A stretch of DNA of 64,000 nucleotides from Pseudomonadota bacterium (GTDB lineage: Bacteria > Pseudomonadota > Gammaproteobacteria > Pseudomonadales > Azotimanducaceae): the NCBI GenBank assembly GCA_027624035.1, contig JAQBUI010000009.1:26614-90613 (forward strand). Reading direction: 5' to 3'. Below are positions 31,012 to 41,041 of this stretch, piece after piece; position 1 is the first letter of the stretch, and each line of letters opens with the position of its first letter. The notes under the pieces were generated by a model, which was given only the letters and a program-made list of their open reading frames with translations, ran no database searches and was not told the DNA's origin. Position numbers and translations under genes: made by a program.

Positions 31012-32520
31012 ATGTGCGGACTTGTTGGCATGGTAGGCCGGAACAACGTTCAATATGACCTCTATGACGCGCTCAGCCTGCTGCAGCATCGGGGCCAGGA
31101 CGCCGCGGGCATGGTGACCTGCGAGGGTGACACGCTGTACCAGAGAAAGGGCAACGGCTTTGTCCGTGACGTGTTTCGGCAGGAGCACATGAACCGTTTG
31201 CACGGCAACATGGGCATCGCTCATGTTCGCTATCCTACCGCCGGGTCCGATAGCGTTGCCGAGGCCCAGCCCATGTATGTCAACTCACCGTTCGGGATCT
31301 GTCTTGCGCACAACGGAAACCTGATCAATGACGATAAGCTCAATGAAGACTTGTTTCGTGCCGACCGACGTCACATCAATACCAGTTCCGATACCGAGGT
31401 GCTGCTGAACGTCTTTGCCCACGAGTTGCAGAATGTTGCCGGGCTGCGTCCGTTACCCGATGACGTCTTCAAGGCCGTAGAGCGGGTCCATGAGCGAGCC
31501 GTGGGGGCCTATTCCGTGGTGGCACTGATCACCGGTTACGGCATCGTGGGCTTCCGGGACCCGTTTGGAATTCGTCCGCTGGTCTATGGCAAGCGCGTTA
31601 CCAACAATGGGCCTGAATACATCATCGCCTCGGAGAGCGTCGTGCTGGATGTGCTCGGGTTCGAGTTGATCGATGATGTGGCGCCGGGTGAGGCGATCTA
31701 CATTCAGGCCAATGGCAGGATCCACAGGAAGCAGTGTGCGGCATCGCCGTTGTACAGCCCCTGTATTTTTGAGTACGTCTATCTTGCCAGGCCCGATTCA
31801 ATCATCGACGGCGTATCGGTGTACAAGGCGCGTCTCAAGATGGGAGAAAAGCTGGCTGACAAGATTCTGCGGCTGTATCCGGACCATGACATCGACGTGG
31901 TCATCCCCATACCGGACACCAGCTGTACGGCAGCGCTGCCGATGGCCCATCGTCTGGACGTCAAATATCGGGAGGGTCTGGTCAAGAGCCGCTATGTGGG
32001 GCGAACCTTCATCATGCCGGGCCAGCAGGAACGGCAGAAGTCTGTTCGTCGCAAGTTCAACGCGATTGATCTCGAATTCCGCGGCAAGAACGTCCTGCTG
32101 GTAGATGACTCCATTGTGCGAGGAACGACCACCCGCCAGATTGTACAGATGGCCCGCAATGCCGGCGCGAGAAAAGTCTATCTGGCATCGGCTGCGCCAC
32201 CGGTGCGTTTCCCCAATGTATATGGCATCGATATGCCGGCCACTCATGAATTCGTGGCAGATGGATGCAGCGAGGAGCAGATTGCCGAATACATCGGCGT
32301 TGATTGGCTGGTCTACCAGGATCTGGCTGATCTGGTGGACTGCGCGATGGGGATCAACGAGAAGATCAAGCGGTTCGATGCGTCGGTGTTTGATGGAGAT
32401 TACATCACGGGTGGCGTCAATGAGGCTTACCTGTCCCGGGTAGCCGGCTTGCGAAACGATGAGGCCAAGCGGCAGCGTCGGGTTGATTCCGAAGTGATTG
32501 AGCTGCACAACCAGATCTGA
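31012..32520 (+). CDS. purF: Amidophosphoribosyltransferase
   Basis: MCGLVGMVG has the N-terminal nucleophile Cys. The PRPP motif VLLVDDSIVRGTT is present. The protein is 502 aa. Confidence 0.97.
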   Translation: MCGLVGMVGRNNVQYDLYDALSLLQHRGQDAAGMVTCEGDTLYQRKGNGFVRDVFRQEHMNRLHGNMGIAHVRYPTAGSDSVAEAQPMYVNSPFGICLAHNGNLINDDKLNEDLFRADRRHINTSSDTEVLLNVFAHELQNVAGLRPLPDDVFKAVERVHERAVGAYSVVALITGYGIVGFRDPFGIRPLVYGKRVTNNGPEYIIASESVVLDVLGFELIDDVAPGEAIYIQANGRIHRKQCAASPLYSPCIFEYVYLARPDSIIDGVSVYKARLKMGEKLADKILRLYPDHDIDVVIPIPDTSCTAALPMAHRLDVKYREGLVKSRYVGRTFIMPGQQERQKSVRRKFNAIDLEFRGKNVLLVDDSIVRGTTTRQIVQMARNAGARKVYLASAAPPVRFPNVYGIDMPATHEFVADGCSEEQIAEYIGVDWLVYQDLADLVDCAMGINEKIKRFDASVFDGDYITGGVNEAYLSRVAGLRNDEAKRQRRVDSEVIELHNQI

Positions 32521-32531
32521 TCGGAGAGTCC

Positions 32532-33452
32532 ATGCACGACGCAATTGCAGAGACCATCGGTGAGGTCGGTTCGGTGCTGCTGGGCAAGACCCATCAGATC
32601 AAATTGGCGCTCACCTGCTTTCTTTCCCGGGGTCATCTGCTCATTGAGGATCTGCCAGGGATGGGCAAGACGACGCTGGCTCATACCCTGGCCCAGGTAC
32701 TAAGTCTGTCCTACAACCGGATTCAGTTCACGAGCGATCTGCTGCCCGCCGACGTACTGGGTGTGTCCATCTATGACCGGGACTCAGGCAAGTTCAATTT
32801 TCATCCCGGCCCGGTGTTCAGCCAGCTGGTGCTCGCCGATGAGATCAATCGGACCACGCCAAAGAGTCAGAGTGCGTTGCTCGAAGCCATGGAGGAACGG
32901 CAGGTGACCATTGAAGGGGAGACACGCCCCTTGCCCGAGCCGTTCTTCGTGATCGCCACCCAGAATCCCAACACCCAGGCCGGCACGTTTCCGCTGCCTG
33001 AATCCCAGCTTGACCGGTTCCTGATGCGCATCGAACTGGGATATCCGGATGCGGAGGCGGAACGAATGCTGCTAAAGGGAGAGGATCGACGGCTGCTGAT
33101 CAAGCACGTCCGCAATACATTGAACCCGGCGGTACTGAAAGATCTGCAGGACCAAAGCCAGCACATCAAGGTTTCCGAGGCGCTGCTCGACTACGTGCAG
33201 CGGTTGGTCCAGCATACCCGGACGGCGCAGGAATTCGCCTACGGTCTCTCGCCCCGTGGCGCGCTGGCGCTGCTTGCCTGCGCTCGAAGCTGGGCGTTGA
33301 TCGAAGGGCGGACCCACGTTGTCCCCGAGGATGTCCAGGCGGTGCTGCCGTCTGTGGTGGAGCATCGCCTGCGGGAAGCCGCGGACTTCTCCGGCCATGG
33401 TGGGGCGGCGCTGGCCCAGCGAATGCTGTCGCAGGTCGATGTCATCGGTTGA
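32532..33452 (+). CDS. MoxR-family AAA+ ATPase
   Basis: It has Walker A LPGMGKTTLAH and Walker B LADEINRTTPKSQSALLEAMEE. The protein is 306 aa. Confidence 0.9.
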   Translation: MHDAIAETIGEVGSVLLGKTHQIKLALTCFLSRGHLLIEDLPGMGKTTLAHTLAQVLSLSYNRIQFTSDLLPADVLGVSIYDRDSGKFNFHPGPVFSQLVLADEINRTTPKSQSALLEAMEERQVTIEGETRPLPEPFFVIATQNPNTQAGTFPLPESQLDRFLMRIELGYPDAEAERMLLKGEDRRLLIKHVRNTLNPAVLKDLQDQSQHIKVSEALLDYVQRLVQHTRTAQEFAYGLSPRGALALLACARSWALIEGRTHVVPEDVQAVLPSVVEHRLREAADFSGHGGAALAQRMLSQVDVIG

Positions 33453-34431
33453 GCCGGTTTCGGCCCGGCCACCGGACAATGGTGTCTGGCGGTCCGAGCA
33501 GTTCCGTACCTGGCTGGACCGGCGAATGCCGCCGGCCAATGCGATCACGCTCAGCCAGAAAAGCATCTTCATTCTGCCCACAAGGGAAGGCCTGATGTTC
33601 GCCGTGCTGGTGGTATTCATGGTGCTGGCCGGGATCAATTATCAGAACTCGCTGGTGTACGCCCTGGCATTCCTGTTGGCCAGTCTGTTCATGGTCAGCA
33701 TCCTGCACACCTATCGTAATCTGGCGGGCCTGACCCTGCAGGCCGGTCCGGTGAAGGCCGCCTTTGCCGGTGAGGATGCCGAGTTCATCGTGATCCTGAG
33801 CCGGCTTGGGGAGCGAACCCACGAGGCGCTGCTGCTCGGCTGGGACAAGCAGATGCTGCAGGGGGCGGACCTTCTTGAGGAAGAGGAGGATCGCGTCAAA
33901 CTGTATGTGCCGACCCGTCAACGCGGGGTGATGAATCCGGGTCGCCTGCTGATCCAGACCTACTATCCTGTGGGTCTGTTCCGGTCCTGGTCCTGGGTGG
34001 ATCTGGACATGTCGACGCTGGTCTATCCATACCCGGTTGCCGCCGGTCCGGTACCCGGGGCACCCAGTAGTGCAGAAGAAGGTGAGATGCTGCAAAGGGA
34101 GGGCGCCGAGGACTTTTACGGCCTCCGGCAATACCACAGCAGCGACCCGCCCCGCCATGTGGCCTGGAAATCCTATGCCAGGACTGAAGAACTGCTGACC
34201 AAACAATATGCATCCTATGCGGACCGTCGGGTGTGGCTCGACTGGGAACTCCTGACAGGCATGGAAGCCGAGGCAAGGCTGTCGCGCCTGTGTTACTGGG
34301 TGTTGCAGTTGGCCGCGACCACCAATGAATATGGTCTGCGGCTGCCGGGGCTGGAGATTGCCCCGGGCCGGGGTGAGGCCCATCGCGATGAAGTTCTAAA
34401 GGCGCTCGCGATATTTGAGGTGGGCCGGTGA
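33439..34431 (+). CDS. DUF58-domain protein (MoxR partner)
   Basis: Two N-terminal TM helices follow KSIFILPTREGLMF. The motif FYGLRQYHSSDPPRHVAWKSYAR is typical of DUF58. The start is trimmed to ATG 33439, which overlaps the moxR stop. Its own stop overlaps the next gene in a GTGA. Confidence 0.8.
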   Translation: MSSVEPVSARPPDNGVWRSEQFRTWLDRRMPPANAITLSQKSIFILPTREGLMFAVLVVFMVLAGINYQNSLVYALAFLLASLFMVSILHTYRNLAGLTLQAGPVKAAFAGEDAEFIVILSRLGERTHEALLLGWDKQMLQGADLLEEEEDRVKLYVPTRQRGVMNPGRLLIQTYYPVGLFRSWSWVDLDMSTLVYPYPVAAGPVPGAPSSAEEGEMLQREGAEDFYGLRQYHSSDPPRHVAWKSYARTEELLTKQYASYADRRVWLDWELLTGMEAEARLSRLCYWVLQLAATTNEYGLRLPGLEIAPGRGEAHRDEVLKALAIFEVGR

Positions 34432-36446
34432 ACGATTTCCAGATCCCCAGAAACAGCCTCGCCTGGATGCTGGTCGCCCAGGCGGGGGTGATCGCCCCTC
34501 ATGTATGGTCCCTGCGTCTGCCGGTGTGGATCGTCCTGCTGTGTGTCGGTTGCGGCATCTGGCGGGTGATGGTGTACCAGGGGCGCTGGACCTATCCCGG
34601 CCGCTGGGTTCGGGTACTGTTCGTGATCGGAGGCGTGGTGGGCATCGGTTTCGGCTATGGAACCTTTCTTGGGGTTGACCCCTGGGTCGGGCTGGTCATC
34701 ACCGCATTCGTGCTGAAACTGCTGGAGATGCACTCGAAGCGTGATGCCTACGTGGTGATTATTCTCGGGTATTTTGTGGCGCTCACCGAGTTTCTGTATT
34801 TTCAGGCGATTCCCTACGCCGCCTATGTGCTGCTGGTGGTGACCTGCCTCACTGCCGCGCTGATTGGTCTGAACCAGACTCGCAGCCATACCAGGCCCGT
34901 GAAGACCTTCAAGCTGGCGGCCAGCCTGCTGTTGCAGTCGGTCCCACTGATGGTCGTTCTGTTTGTGCTGTTTCCCCGCCTGGCGCCGTTGTGGACGGTG
35001 CCCATCCAGTCCCAGACAGCCCGCACCGGGGTGACTGACCGCATGAGCCCGGGCAATATTGCAGAGCTGACCCAGTCGGATGACCTGGCGTTTCGTGCCA
35101 CCTTTGAGGGGCCGGTGCCACCCCAGAGCGAACTGTACTGGCGCGGCCTCGTGCTCAGCTATTTTGAAGATGGCACCTGGAGCCAGGTGGATCCCCGAAG
35201 CTATGGCCCGGTTGCGGCGCGTCAGAAGCGACCGGCCTGGGTGGATCGGATTGAACGGCTCGGCAACCAGGTCCGGTATTCCATCATCCTCGAACCGACC
35301 AATCAGAACTGGCTGTTCAGTCTGACGGTCCCGGAGCCAGTGGATATGGATGGCGTCTATCTGGTGCGGGACTACCGTCTTGTCGCTGACCCGGAAGTCC
35401 GGAGCCGATTGCGCTATGAAGTAACATCGGATCTGGATTATGCGATCGACCGGCGCATGCCCAGCCGTCTGTATTACGACAACACCATGCTGCCTGTGAA
35501 AGGCAATCCGAAGGCGAGGGAACTGGCTGCGCAAATGCGCGCGGCTGCCGGCAGCCATCGAGACTATGTGAATGCGGTGCTGCGCATGTTCAATGAGCAG
35601 GAGTTCAGCTACACCCTGAAGCCCCCGCGGCTGGGGGACGATACCGTCGACGACTTCCTGCTGGGGACCCGCAGTGGCTTTTGTGAACACTATGCCGGGT
35701 CGTTTACCTTCCTGATGCGGGCGGTGGGCATACCGGCGCGGGTCGTCGTGGGCTATCAGGGGGGTGAGTACAATCGGATTGGCGACTATGTTGCGGTGTA
35801 CCAGTTCGATGCCCACGCCTGGAGCGAGGTCTGGCTGGAAGGTGAAGGCTGGGTGCGGGTCGATCCAACATCGGCGGTGGCGCCGGAGCGAATCCAGAGC
35901 GGACTGGAATCGGCAGTATCCAGTGGAGAATTCCTGGGCGATCTGACCCTTTCCTGGCTGAAGTACAGACAGACCCTGTGGATTACCGAGTTGCGGCTGC
36001 AGCTGGCGGCCATCAGCCACTACTGGGACAGCTGGGTCGTCGGATACTCACCGGAGGTGCAGGTCGATCTGCTCACGCGCTTGCTCGGCAACGTGGATTC
36101 CAAGACCATTGGCATGATCACCCTCGGCCTGTTCTTTGGCCTGCTGGGTATCATTGGCATCATTCTGTTGCGCAAGAAACCGATCGCGGCGCTGTCTGAG
36201 GTGGATAAGGAATTCCTCCGGTTCAGCCAGCTGCTCGCCAAAGAGGGCCTGGGCCGACGCATGGGCGAGGGTCCGATCGATTACGGCAGAAGGCTTGCCG
36301 CGGCACGCCCCGATCTTGCGGCCGTTGCAAACCGGGTGAGTGAGACCTACGTCACGCTGAACTATGCCGAGGATGTTCCATCCGATGCGATGGCGCTAAA
36401 GCAAGCCGTGCGCGCCTTCCGGCTGCGAGCCATGACCACCCGTTAG
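34428..36446 (+). CDS. tgpA: Transglutaminase-like membrane protein (TgpA type: DUF3488 + transglutaminase core)
   Basis: It has an N-terminal polytopic region. The transglutaminase Cys-His-Asp core is SGFCEHYAGSFTFLMRAVGIPARVV...DAHAWSEVWLEGEGWVRVDPT. A C-terminal TM segment is present, and the protein is 672 aa. Confidence 0.85.
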   Translation: MNDFQIPRNSLAWMLVAQAGVIAPHVWSLRLPVWIVLLCVGCGIWRVMVYQGRWTYPGRWVRVLFVIGGVVGIGFGYGTFLGVDPWVGLVITAFVLKLLEMHSKRDAYVVIILGYFVALTEFLYFQAIPYAAYVLLVVTCLTAALIGLNQTRSHTRPVKTFKLAASLLLQSVPLMVVLFVLFPRLAPLWTVPIQSQTARTGVTDRMSPGNIAELTQSDDLAFRATFEGPVPPQSELYWRGLVLSYFEDGTWSQVDPRSYGPVAARQKRPAWVDRIERLGNQVRYSIILEPTNQNWLFSLTVPEPVDMDGVYLVRDYRLVADPEVRSRLRYEVTSDLDYAIDRRMPSRLYYDNTMLPVKGNPKARELAAQMRAAAGSHRDYVNAVLRMFNEQEFSYTLKPPRLGDDTVDDFLLGTRSGFCEHYAGSFTFLMRAVGIPARVVVGYQGGEYNRIGDYVAVYQFDAHAWSEVWLEGEGWVRVDPTSAVAPERIQSGLESAVSSGEFLGDLTLSWLKYRQTLWITELRLQLAAISHYWDSWVVGYSPEVQVDLLTRLLGNVDSKTIGMITLGLFFGLLGIIGIILLRKKPIAALSEVDKEFLRFSQLLAKEGLGRRMGEGPIDYGRRLAAARPDLAAVANRVSETYVTLNYAEDVPSDAMALKQAVRAFRLRAMTTR

Positions 36447-36467
36447 CGTTGGCGATCACCTGACAAT

Positions 36468-36510
36468 CCGGGCAGGTCGCGGCCTGATGGGGCAAGCGAC
36501 CTGTGCCCGG
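36468..36510. terminator. Stem-loop between the convergent tgpA and acnB genes (about 13 bp with a 2-nt bulge)
   Basis: CCGGGCAGGTCGC pairs with GCGACCTGTGCCCGG across a 15-nt loop. No U-tract is present. Confidence 0.3.
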
Positions 36511-36515
36511 CCTGG

Positions 36516-39110
36516 TCAGCCAGCGCGCTCCACCGTGACCACGTTGACGGCAGGAATGACCGCATCGGCCGCTGATTTCCTGAACGATTCGATCTCATGA
36601 AAATTGAGATAGCGATAGATGTCAGCCGACAGGGTGTCGAGCTCCTTCATGTAGCCCATGTATTCGTCTACCGTGGGCAGTTTGCCGAGGATGCTGGCCA
36701 CCGCAGCCAGTTCAGCAGACGCAAGATACACATTGGCACCATCTCCAAGCCGGTTCGGAAAATTCCGGGTGGAAGTGGAGACGACCGTGGAATTGGACGC
36801 GACCCGCGCCTGGTTACCCATGCACAGGGAACAGCCGGGCATTTCAGTACGGGCACCCGCCTGGGCAAAGATGTTGTACACGCCTTCCTCCATGAGCTGG
36901 TGCTGATCCATCTTGGTGGGAGGCGAGATCCAGAGGCGAGTAGGGATGCCGCTCGCCTTGTCCAGCAGTCTGGCGGCGGCCCTGAAGTGACCGATGTTGG
37001 TCATGCAGGAGCCGATAAAGACCTCATCGATCTTCGTGCCGGTGACTTCTGACAGGGGCTTCACATCATCCGGATCATTGGGGCAAGCCAGCAGTGGCTC
37101 AGTGATCTCATTGAGGTCGATCTCGATAATTTCTGCGTATTCGGCATCGGAATCCGCTGCGAGCAGTTCCGGATTGTCGAGCCAGGCCTCCATCTCGCCG
37201 ATCCGGCGGGCAATGGTTCTGGCATCGCCGTAGCCTTCACTGATCATCCAGCGCAGCAGTGTGACATTGGAGCTGATGTACTCGATGATCGGGTCCTTTC
37301 CAAGGGCGATGGTACAGCCGCCCGCGGATCGCTCGGCGGATGCATCGGAGATCTCAAATGCCTGTTCCACCTTGAGGTCAGGCAGGCCCTCGATCTCCAG
37401 AATGCGCCCTGAGAAGACGTTCTTCTTGCCTTCCTTGGCGACCGTGAGCAGACCCCGCTGGATTGCCGCATAGGGAATCGCGTTCACCAGGTCTCGCAGG
37501 GTGATGCCTGGCTGCATCTTGCCCTTGAATCGGACCAGCACAGATTCCGGCATATCGAGCGGCATCTGACCTATTGCGGCGGCAAATGCCACCAGACCCG
37601 ACCCGGCAGGAAAACTGATGCCGATGGGGAAACGGGTGTGGGAATCACCGCCCGTTCCTACGGTATCGGGCAGCAGCATCCGGTTCAGCCAGGAGTGAAT
37701 GATACCGTCCCCGGGATGCAGAGCGACGCCGCCCCGGGTCTGAATGAAATCAGGCAGTGTGTGCTGGGTCTCGATGTCTACCGGCTTGGGATAGGCAGCC
37801 GTATGACAGAAGGACTGCATGACGAGATCTGCATTGAAACCGAGGCAGGCAAGTTCCTTTAGTTCATCGCGGGTCATGGGCCCTGTGGTGTCCTGGGAAC
37901 CGACCGTGGTCATCCTGGGTTCGCAGTAAGTACCGGGCCGTATGCCTGCCACACCGCAGGCACGGCCGACGATTTTCTGGGCCAGGGTGTAGCCCTTGTC
38001 AGAGGCATCACCGGGAATGTCGCTCTTGAAGACATCGCTCGGTGCGAGTCCCAGCGCTTCCCGCGACCGCTCGGTCAGCCCGCGGCCGATGATCAGGGGG
38101 ATGCGGCCGCCGGCGCGCACCTCATCGAGGAGCACCTCGGTGGCCAGCTCAAAGGTGGCAATCTCTTCGCCGGTGGCCTCGTTGGTGATACGCCCCTCAT
38201 AGGGATAGATGCTGATGACGTCGCCCATTTCCATTTTCGATACGTCACATTCGATGGGTAACGCGCCGGCATCCTCCATGGTGTTAAAGAAGATCGGCGC
38301 GATCTTGCCACCGAGTACCACGCCACCATCGCGTTTGTTGGGAATGAACGGCACATCGTCGCCCATGTGCCAGAGCACGGAGTTGGTGGCGGACTTGCGC
38401 GAAGACCCGGTGCCGACGACATCGCCGACATAGGCGAGCGGGTGGCCCTTTTTCTTCAGTTCCTCAATGGTGCCAAGCGGGTCTTCCATCTTCTTGATCA
38501 GCATGGACATTGCGTGCAATGGAATATCGGGCCGACTCCACGCGTCTCCGGCCGGGGAGAGGTCATCGGTATTGGTCTCGCCCTCAACCATGAAGACGGT
38601 CACAGTGATCTTCTGGGGCACCTCCGGTCTTGACGTGAACCATTCGCCATTCGCCCATGCTTCGACCACCTGCCTGGCATGAGGGTTGGTCTTTGCCTTC
38701 TCCACGACGTCATGGCGGGCGTCAAACATCAGCAGCGTTCTGGACAGCGCCGCTGCCGCGGTGGCTGCGGTTTCCTCGTCATCCAGAAGATCAACCAGCG
38801 GTGCGATGTTGTAGCCCCCCAGCATTGTTCCCAGCAATTTCGTGGCATGCACCTGGTCGATCAGGGGTGAGGTGGCCTTGCCGCTCGCGATGTCGGCCAG
38901 AAACGCGGCCTTGACGTAGGCGGCATCATCCACGCCCGCGGGAACCCGATTGGTGATCAGGTCAAGGAGGAAGTCTTCTTCTCCGGCCGGGGGATCTTTC
39001 AATAGCGCCACCAGATCGTTAACCTGTTCAGCCGATAGTGGCCTGGGGACGGTGCCCAGCCGGGCGCGTTCATCGACGTGTTGTCTGTATGCTTCAAGCA
39101 AGGGGGTCAC
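36516..39110 (-). CDS. acnB: Aconitate hydratase B / 2-methylisocitrate dehydratase
   Basis: The protein is 864 aa and starts [30 protein letters not shown]. Fe-S ligand regions [18 protein letters not shown] and [10 protein letters not shown] are present. Confidence 0.97.
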   Translation of the reverse strand: MTPLLEAYRQHVDERARLGTVPRPLSAEQVNDLVALLKDPPAGEEDFLLDLITNRVPAGVDDAAYVKAAFLADIASGKATSPLIDQVHATKLLGTMLGGYNIAPLVDLLDDEETAATAAAALSRTLLMFDARHDVVEKAKTNPHARQVVEAWANGEWFTSRPEVPQKITVTVFMVEGETNTDDLSPAGDAWSRPDIPLHAMSMLIKKMEDPLGTIEELKKKGHPLAYVGDVVGTGSSRKSATNSVLWHMGDDVPFIPNKRDGGVVLGGKIAPIFFNTMEDAGALPIECDVSKMEMGDVISIYPYEGRITNEATGEEIATFELATEVLLDEVRAGGRIPLIIGRGLTERSREALGLAPSDVFKSDIPGDASDKGYTLAQKIVGRACGVAGIRPGTYCEPRMTTVGSQDTTGPMTRDELKELACLGFNADLVMQSFCHTAAYPKPVDIETQHTLPDFIQTRGGVALHPGDGIIHSWLNRMLLPDTVGTGGDSHTRFPIGISFPAGSGLVAFAAAIGQMPLDMPESVLVRFKGKMQPGITLRDLVNAIPYAAIQRGLLTVAKEGKKNVFSGRILEIEGLPDLKVEQAFEISDASAERSAGGCTIALGKDPIIEYISSNVTLLRWMISEGYGDARTIARRIGEMEAWLDNPELLAADSDAEYAEIIEIDLNEITEPLLACPNDPDDVKPLSEVTGTKIDEVFIGSCMTNIGHFRAAARLLDKASGIPTRLWISPPTKMDQHQLMEEGVYNIFAQAGARTEMPGCSLCMGNQARVASNSTVVSTSTRNFPNRLGDGANVYLASAELAAVASILGKLPTVDEYMGYMKELDTLSADIYRYLNFHEIESFRKSAADAVIPAVNVVTVERAG

Positions 39111-39194
39111 TCCTCAATCAATCCTGGGGCCGCGAGGCGCGGGGGACTGCAGTCTAAACCAAGGGCTGCGCAAAGTTAAGCTGTGGTGTGTAAG

Positions 39195-39815
39195 ATGATG
39201 AATGTGAACAGTTTTTTGCATTGCGGGACGCCGGATGCGTGGCTGGAGCGAGCGGCAGGCGAGATTCAGACATTGCTGATCGACCATGCCAACTGCGAGA
39301 AGAAGGCAGCATCGACTGCGATCAACCTGATGTATCGTTATGTGGACAAACCGGACATGCTGGTGCAGCTGTCAAAACTGGCACGGGAAGAACTGCGCCA
39401 CTTTGAACAGGTCCTGGGCGTGATGGCAGATCGGGGCGTGGGTAACGTCCACCTGTCCCCGTCGCGTTATGCCAGTGCATTGCGCCGTGAGGTCCGTACG
39501 TCTGAACCTGGCAGGTTGGTCGACATTCTGATCAACGGCGCCATCATCGAGGCCCGTAGCTGCGAGCGTTTTGAGCGACTGAGCAAGGTTCTGGATGCCG
39601 ATCTTGCAGCATTTTACAGCTCCCTGATGAAGTCAGAGTCACGCCACTTTGGAGTGTATCTGGATCTCGCAAGGGATCTCTCAGATGATGACGGCAACCG
39701 CTTCGAGGAGCGTGTTGCACATTTTCTGGCTTTGGATGCAGCTTTGATGACCTCCCCGGACCCGGACTTTCGTTTTCACAGTGGTGTACCGATGTCGAAC
39801 GATTCGAGCGAATAG
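39195..39815 (+). CDS. miaE: tRNA-(ms2io6A)-hydroxylase
   Basis: It has diiron ferritin-like motifs: IDHANCEKKAAS, REELRHFEQV, IIEARSCERF and MKSESRHF. The start is either ATG 39195 or GTG 39183. Confidence 0.85.
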   Translation: MMNVNSFLHCGTPDAWLERAAGEIQTLLIDHANCEKKAASTAINLMYRYVDKPDMLVQLSKLAREELRHFEQVLGVMADRGVGNVHLSPSRYASALRREVRTSEPGRLVDILINGAIIEARSCERFERLSKVLDADLAAFYSSLMKSESRHFGVYLDLARDLSDDDGNRFEERVAHFLALDAALMTSPDPDFRFHSGVPMSNDSSE

Positions 39816-40501
39816 CCCTGCTGGTCAAAGCGTAGATACCAGCCCTTTTGGTCCCAGTCTCCCAGCACGATCCGTGTTCCCTGACGCTTGCCCAGATTCA
39901 CGTCGTGAACATTGGGCCGATGGGTATGTCCATGGATCATGGTGGTGACATCGTGGTCATTCATGGTGCTCACCACGTCTTGTGGGGTCACATCCATGAT
40001 GTCCATGGCGGTTTCCCTGGTATGGGCACGGCTCTCGTCCCGAGCGCCCCTTGCGATGGCGGCGCGTTCCTCCAGACTCCTGGAGAGCAGATCCCTGGTG
40101 GTGTCGGGATTGCGAAGCATCTTGCGCGCCGCCATATACGCGGTATCCCTGGTGCAGAGGCTATCGCCGTGCATCAGCAGGACCCGTCGTCCGTACAGGT
40201 CTATTGTGGTCGGGTCGGAAAGGAGTTCGAGGCCGGTCGCGATACAGAAATCATGACCGATCAGGAAATCCCGATTTCCGTGAAGAAAGTAGCGGGGAAT
40301 TGTCAGTTCAGCCAGAGCGTGAATAATGCGCCGATTGAATGGGGAGTCATCGTCATCACCCAGCCAGACCTCGAACAGGTCTCCAAGGATGAACAGTTGT
40401 TCGACCCCTTCCATTCCATCGGTCAGAAAGGCCAGGAAGGCGTCTGTGACGTCCGGTCTGGCGTCGTCGAGGTGCAGATCGGAGATAAAGATACTTGTCA
40501 C
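39776..40501 (-). CDS. lpxH: UDP-2,3-diacylglucosamine diphosphatase
   Basis: Metallophosphoesterase motifs are present: FISDLHL, GDLFEVW, HGNRDF, HGD and GHTH. The protein is 241 aa. Confidence 0.92.
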   Translation of the reverse strand: MTSIFISDLHLDDARPDVTDAFLAFLTDGMEGVEQLFILGDLFEVWLGDDDDSPFNRRIIHALAELTIPRYFLHGNRDFLIGHDFCIATGLELLSDPTTIDLYGRRVLLMHGDSLCTRDTAYMAARKMLRNPDTTRDLLSRSLEERAAIARGARDESRAHTRETAMDIMDVTPQDVVSTMNDHDVTTMIHGHTHRPNVHDVNLGKRQGTRIVLGDWDQKGWYLRFDQQGYSLESFDIGTPL

Positions 40502-40552
40502 ATTGGGTCCTTGCTAAGTACTTGCCAGCATTGGTGATTCTTCGGTTATCGT

Positions 40553-40582
40553 TTGACGTCGCTCACGTCGGTTCAGTAGAAT
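40553..40582 (+). promoter_or_regulatory. Candidate sigma70 promoter of the tRNA cluster
   Basis: TTGACG at 40553-58 is followed by an 18-nt spacer and TAGAAT at 40577-82. A GC-rich discriminator (GCGCCCC) follows, as in stringently controlled stable-RNA promoters. Confidence 0.4.
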
Positions 40583-40666
40583 GCGCCCCTTCAAAACGCA
40601 CCGTCGTTTCGTTTTGTATCTCGCCGCCGTGCAATGATACCCTTATCGTCGGTAGCGTGTTGAATT

Positions 40667-40743
40667 CGGGGTATAGCGCAGTCTGGTAGCGCGCCTGCTT
40701 TGGGAGCAGGATGTCGGGAGTTCGAATCTCTCTACCCCGACCA
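40667..40743 (+). tRNA. tRNA-Pro (anticodon TGG)
   Basis: The cloverleaf was folded by hand. The acceptor stem is CGGGGTA/TACCCCG and the anticodon arm is CCTGC-TTTGGGA-GCAGG. The T arm is GGGAG-TTCGAAT-CTCTC and the CCA end is encoded. It is closely similar to E. coli proM. Confidence 0.9.
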
Positions 40744-40790
40744 TTCTTATTGCTCGCAGCAGTGGTGAGGTATCGCTCGAATCTGAATAT

Positions 40791-40867
40791 GCGCCCGTAG
40801 CTCAATCGGATAGAGCATCGGCCTTCTAAGCCGAGGGTTACAGGTTCGATTCCTGTCGGGCGTGCCA
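40791..40867 (+). tRNA. tRNA-Arg (anticodon TCT)
   Basis: The acceptor stem is GCGCCCG/CGGGCGT, the anticodon arm is TCGGC-CTTCTAA-GCCGA and the T arm is ACAGG-TTCGATT-CCTGT. The CCA end is encoded and the length is 77 nt. Confidence 0.9.
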
Positions 40868-40878
40868 GCAGTTTCAAT

Positions 40879-40955
40879 GGTGGGCGTAGCTCAGTTGGTA
40901 GAGCTCTGGATTGTGATTCCAGCGGTCGTGGGTTCAAGCCCCATCGTCCACCCCA
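40879..40955 (+). tRNA. tRNA-His (anticodon GTG)
   Basis: It has the extra 5' G(-1) typical of tRNA-His. The anticodon arm is CTGGA-TTGTGAT-TCCAG. It is near-identical in layout to E. coli hisR, and the CCA end is encoded. Confidence 0.9.
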
Positions 40956-40961
40956 GAAATT

Positions 40962-41004
40962 GGGGTCAGAGTCGAATTTACATTTGTAAATTCGACTCTG
41001 ACCC
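40962..41004. repeat. REP-like palindrome, copy 2 (inverted relative to copy 1), probably the terminator of the tRNA cluster
   Basis: The sequence is GGGGTCAGAGTCGAATTTACA-TT-TGTAAATTCGACTCTGACCC. The central dinucleotide is TT, against AA at 17989-90, so this is the reverse complement of copy 1. It starts 6 nt after tRNA-His. Confidence 0.9.
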
Positions 41005-41041
41005 TGATTCTTCAGCAGTCCTGGTCTGGTAGCATGATTGA

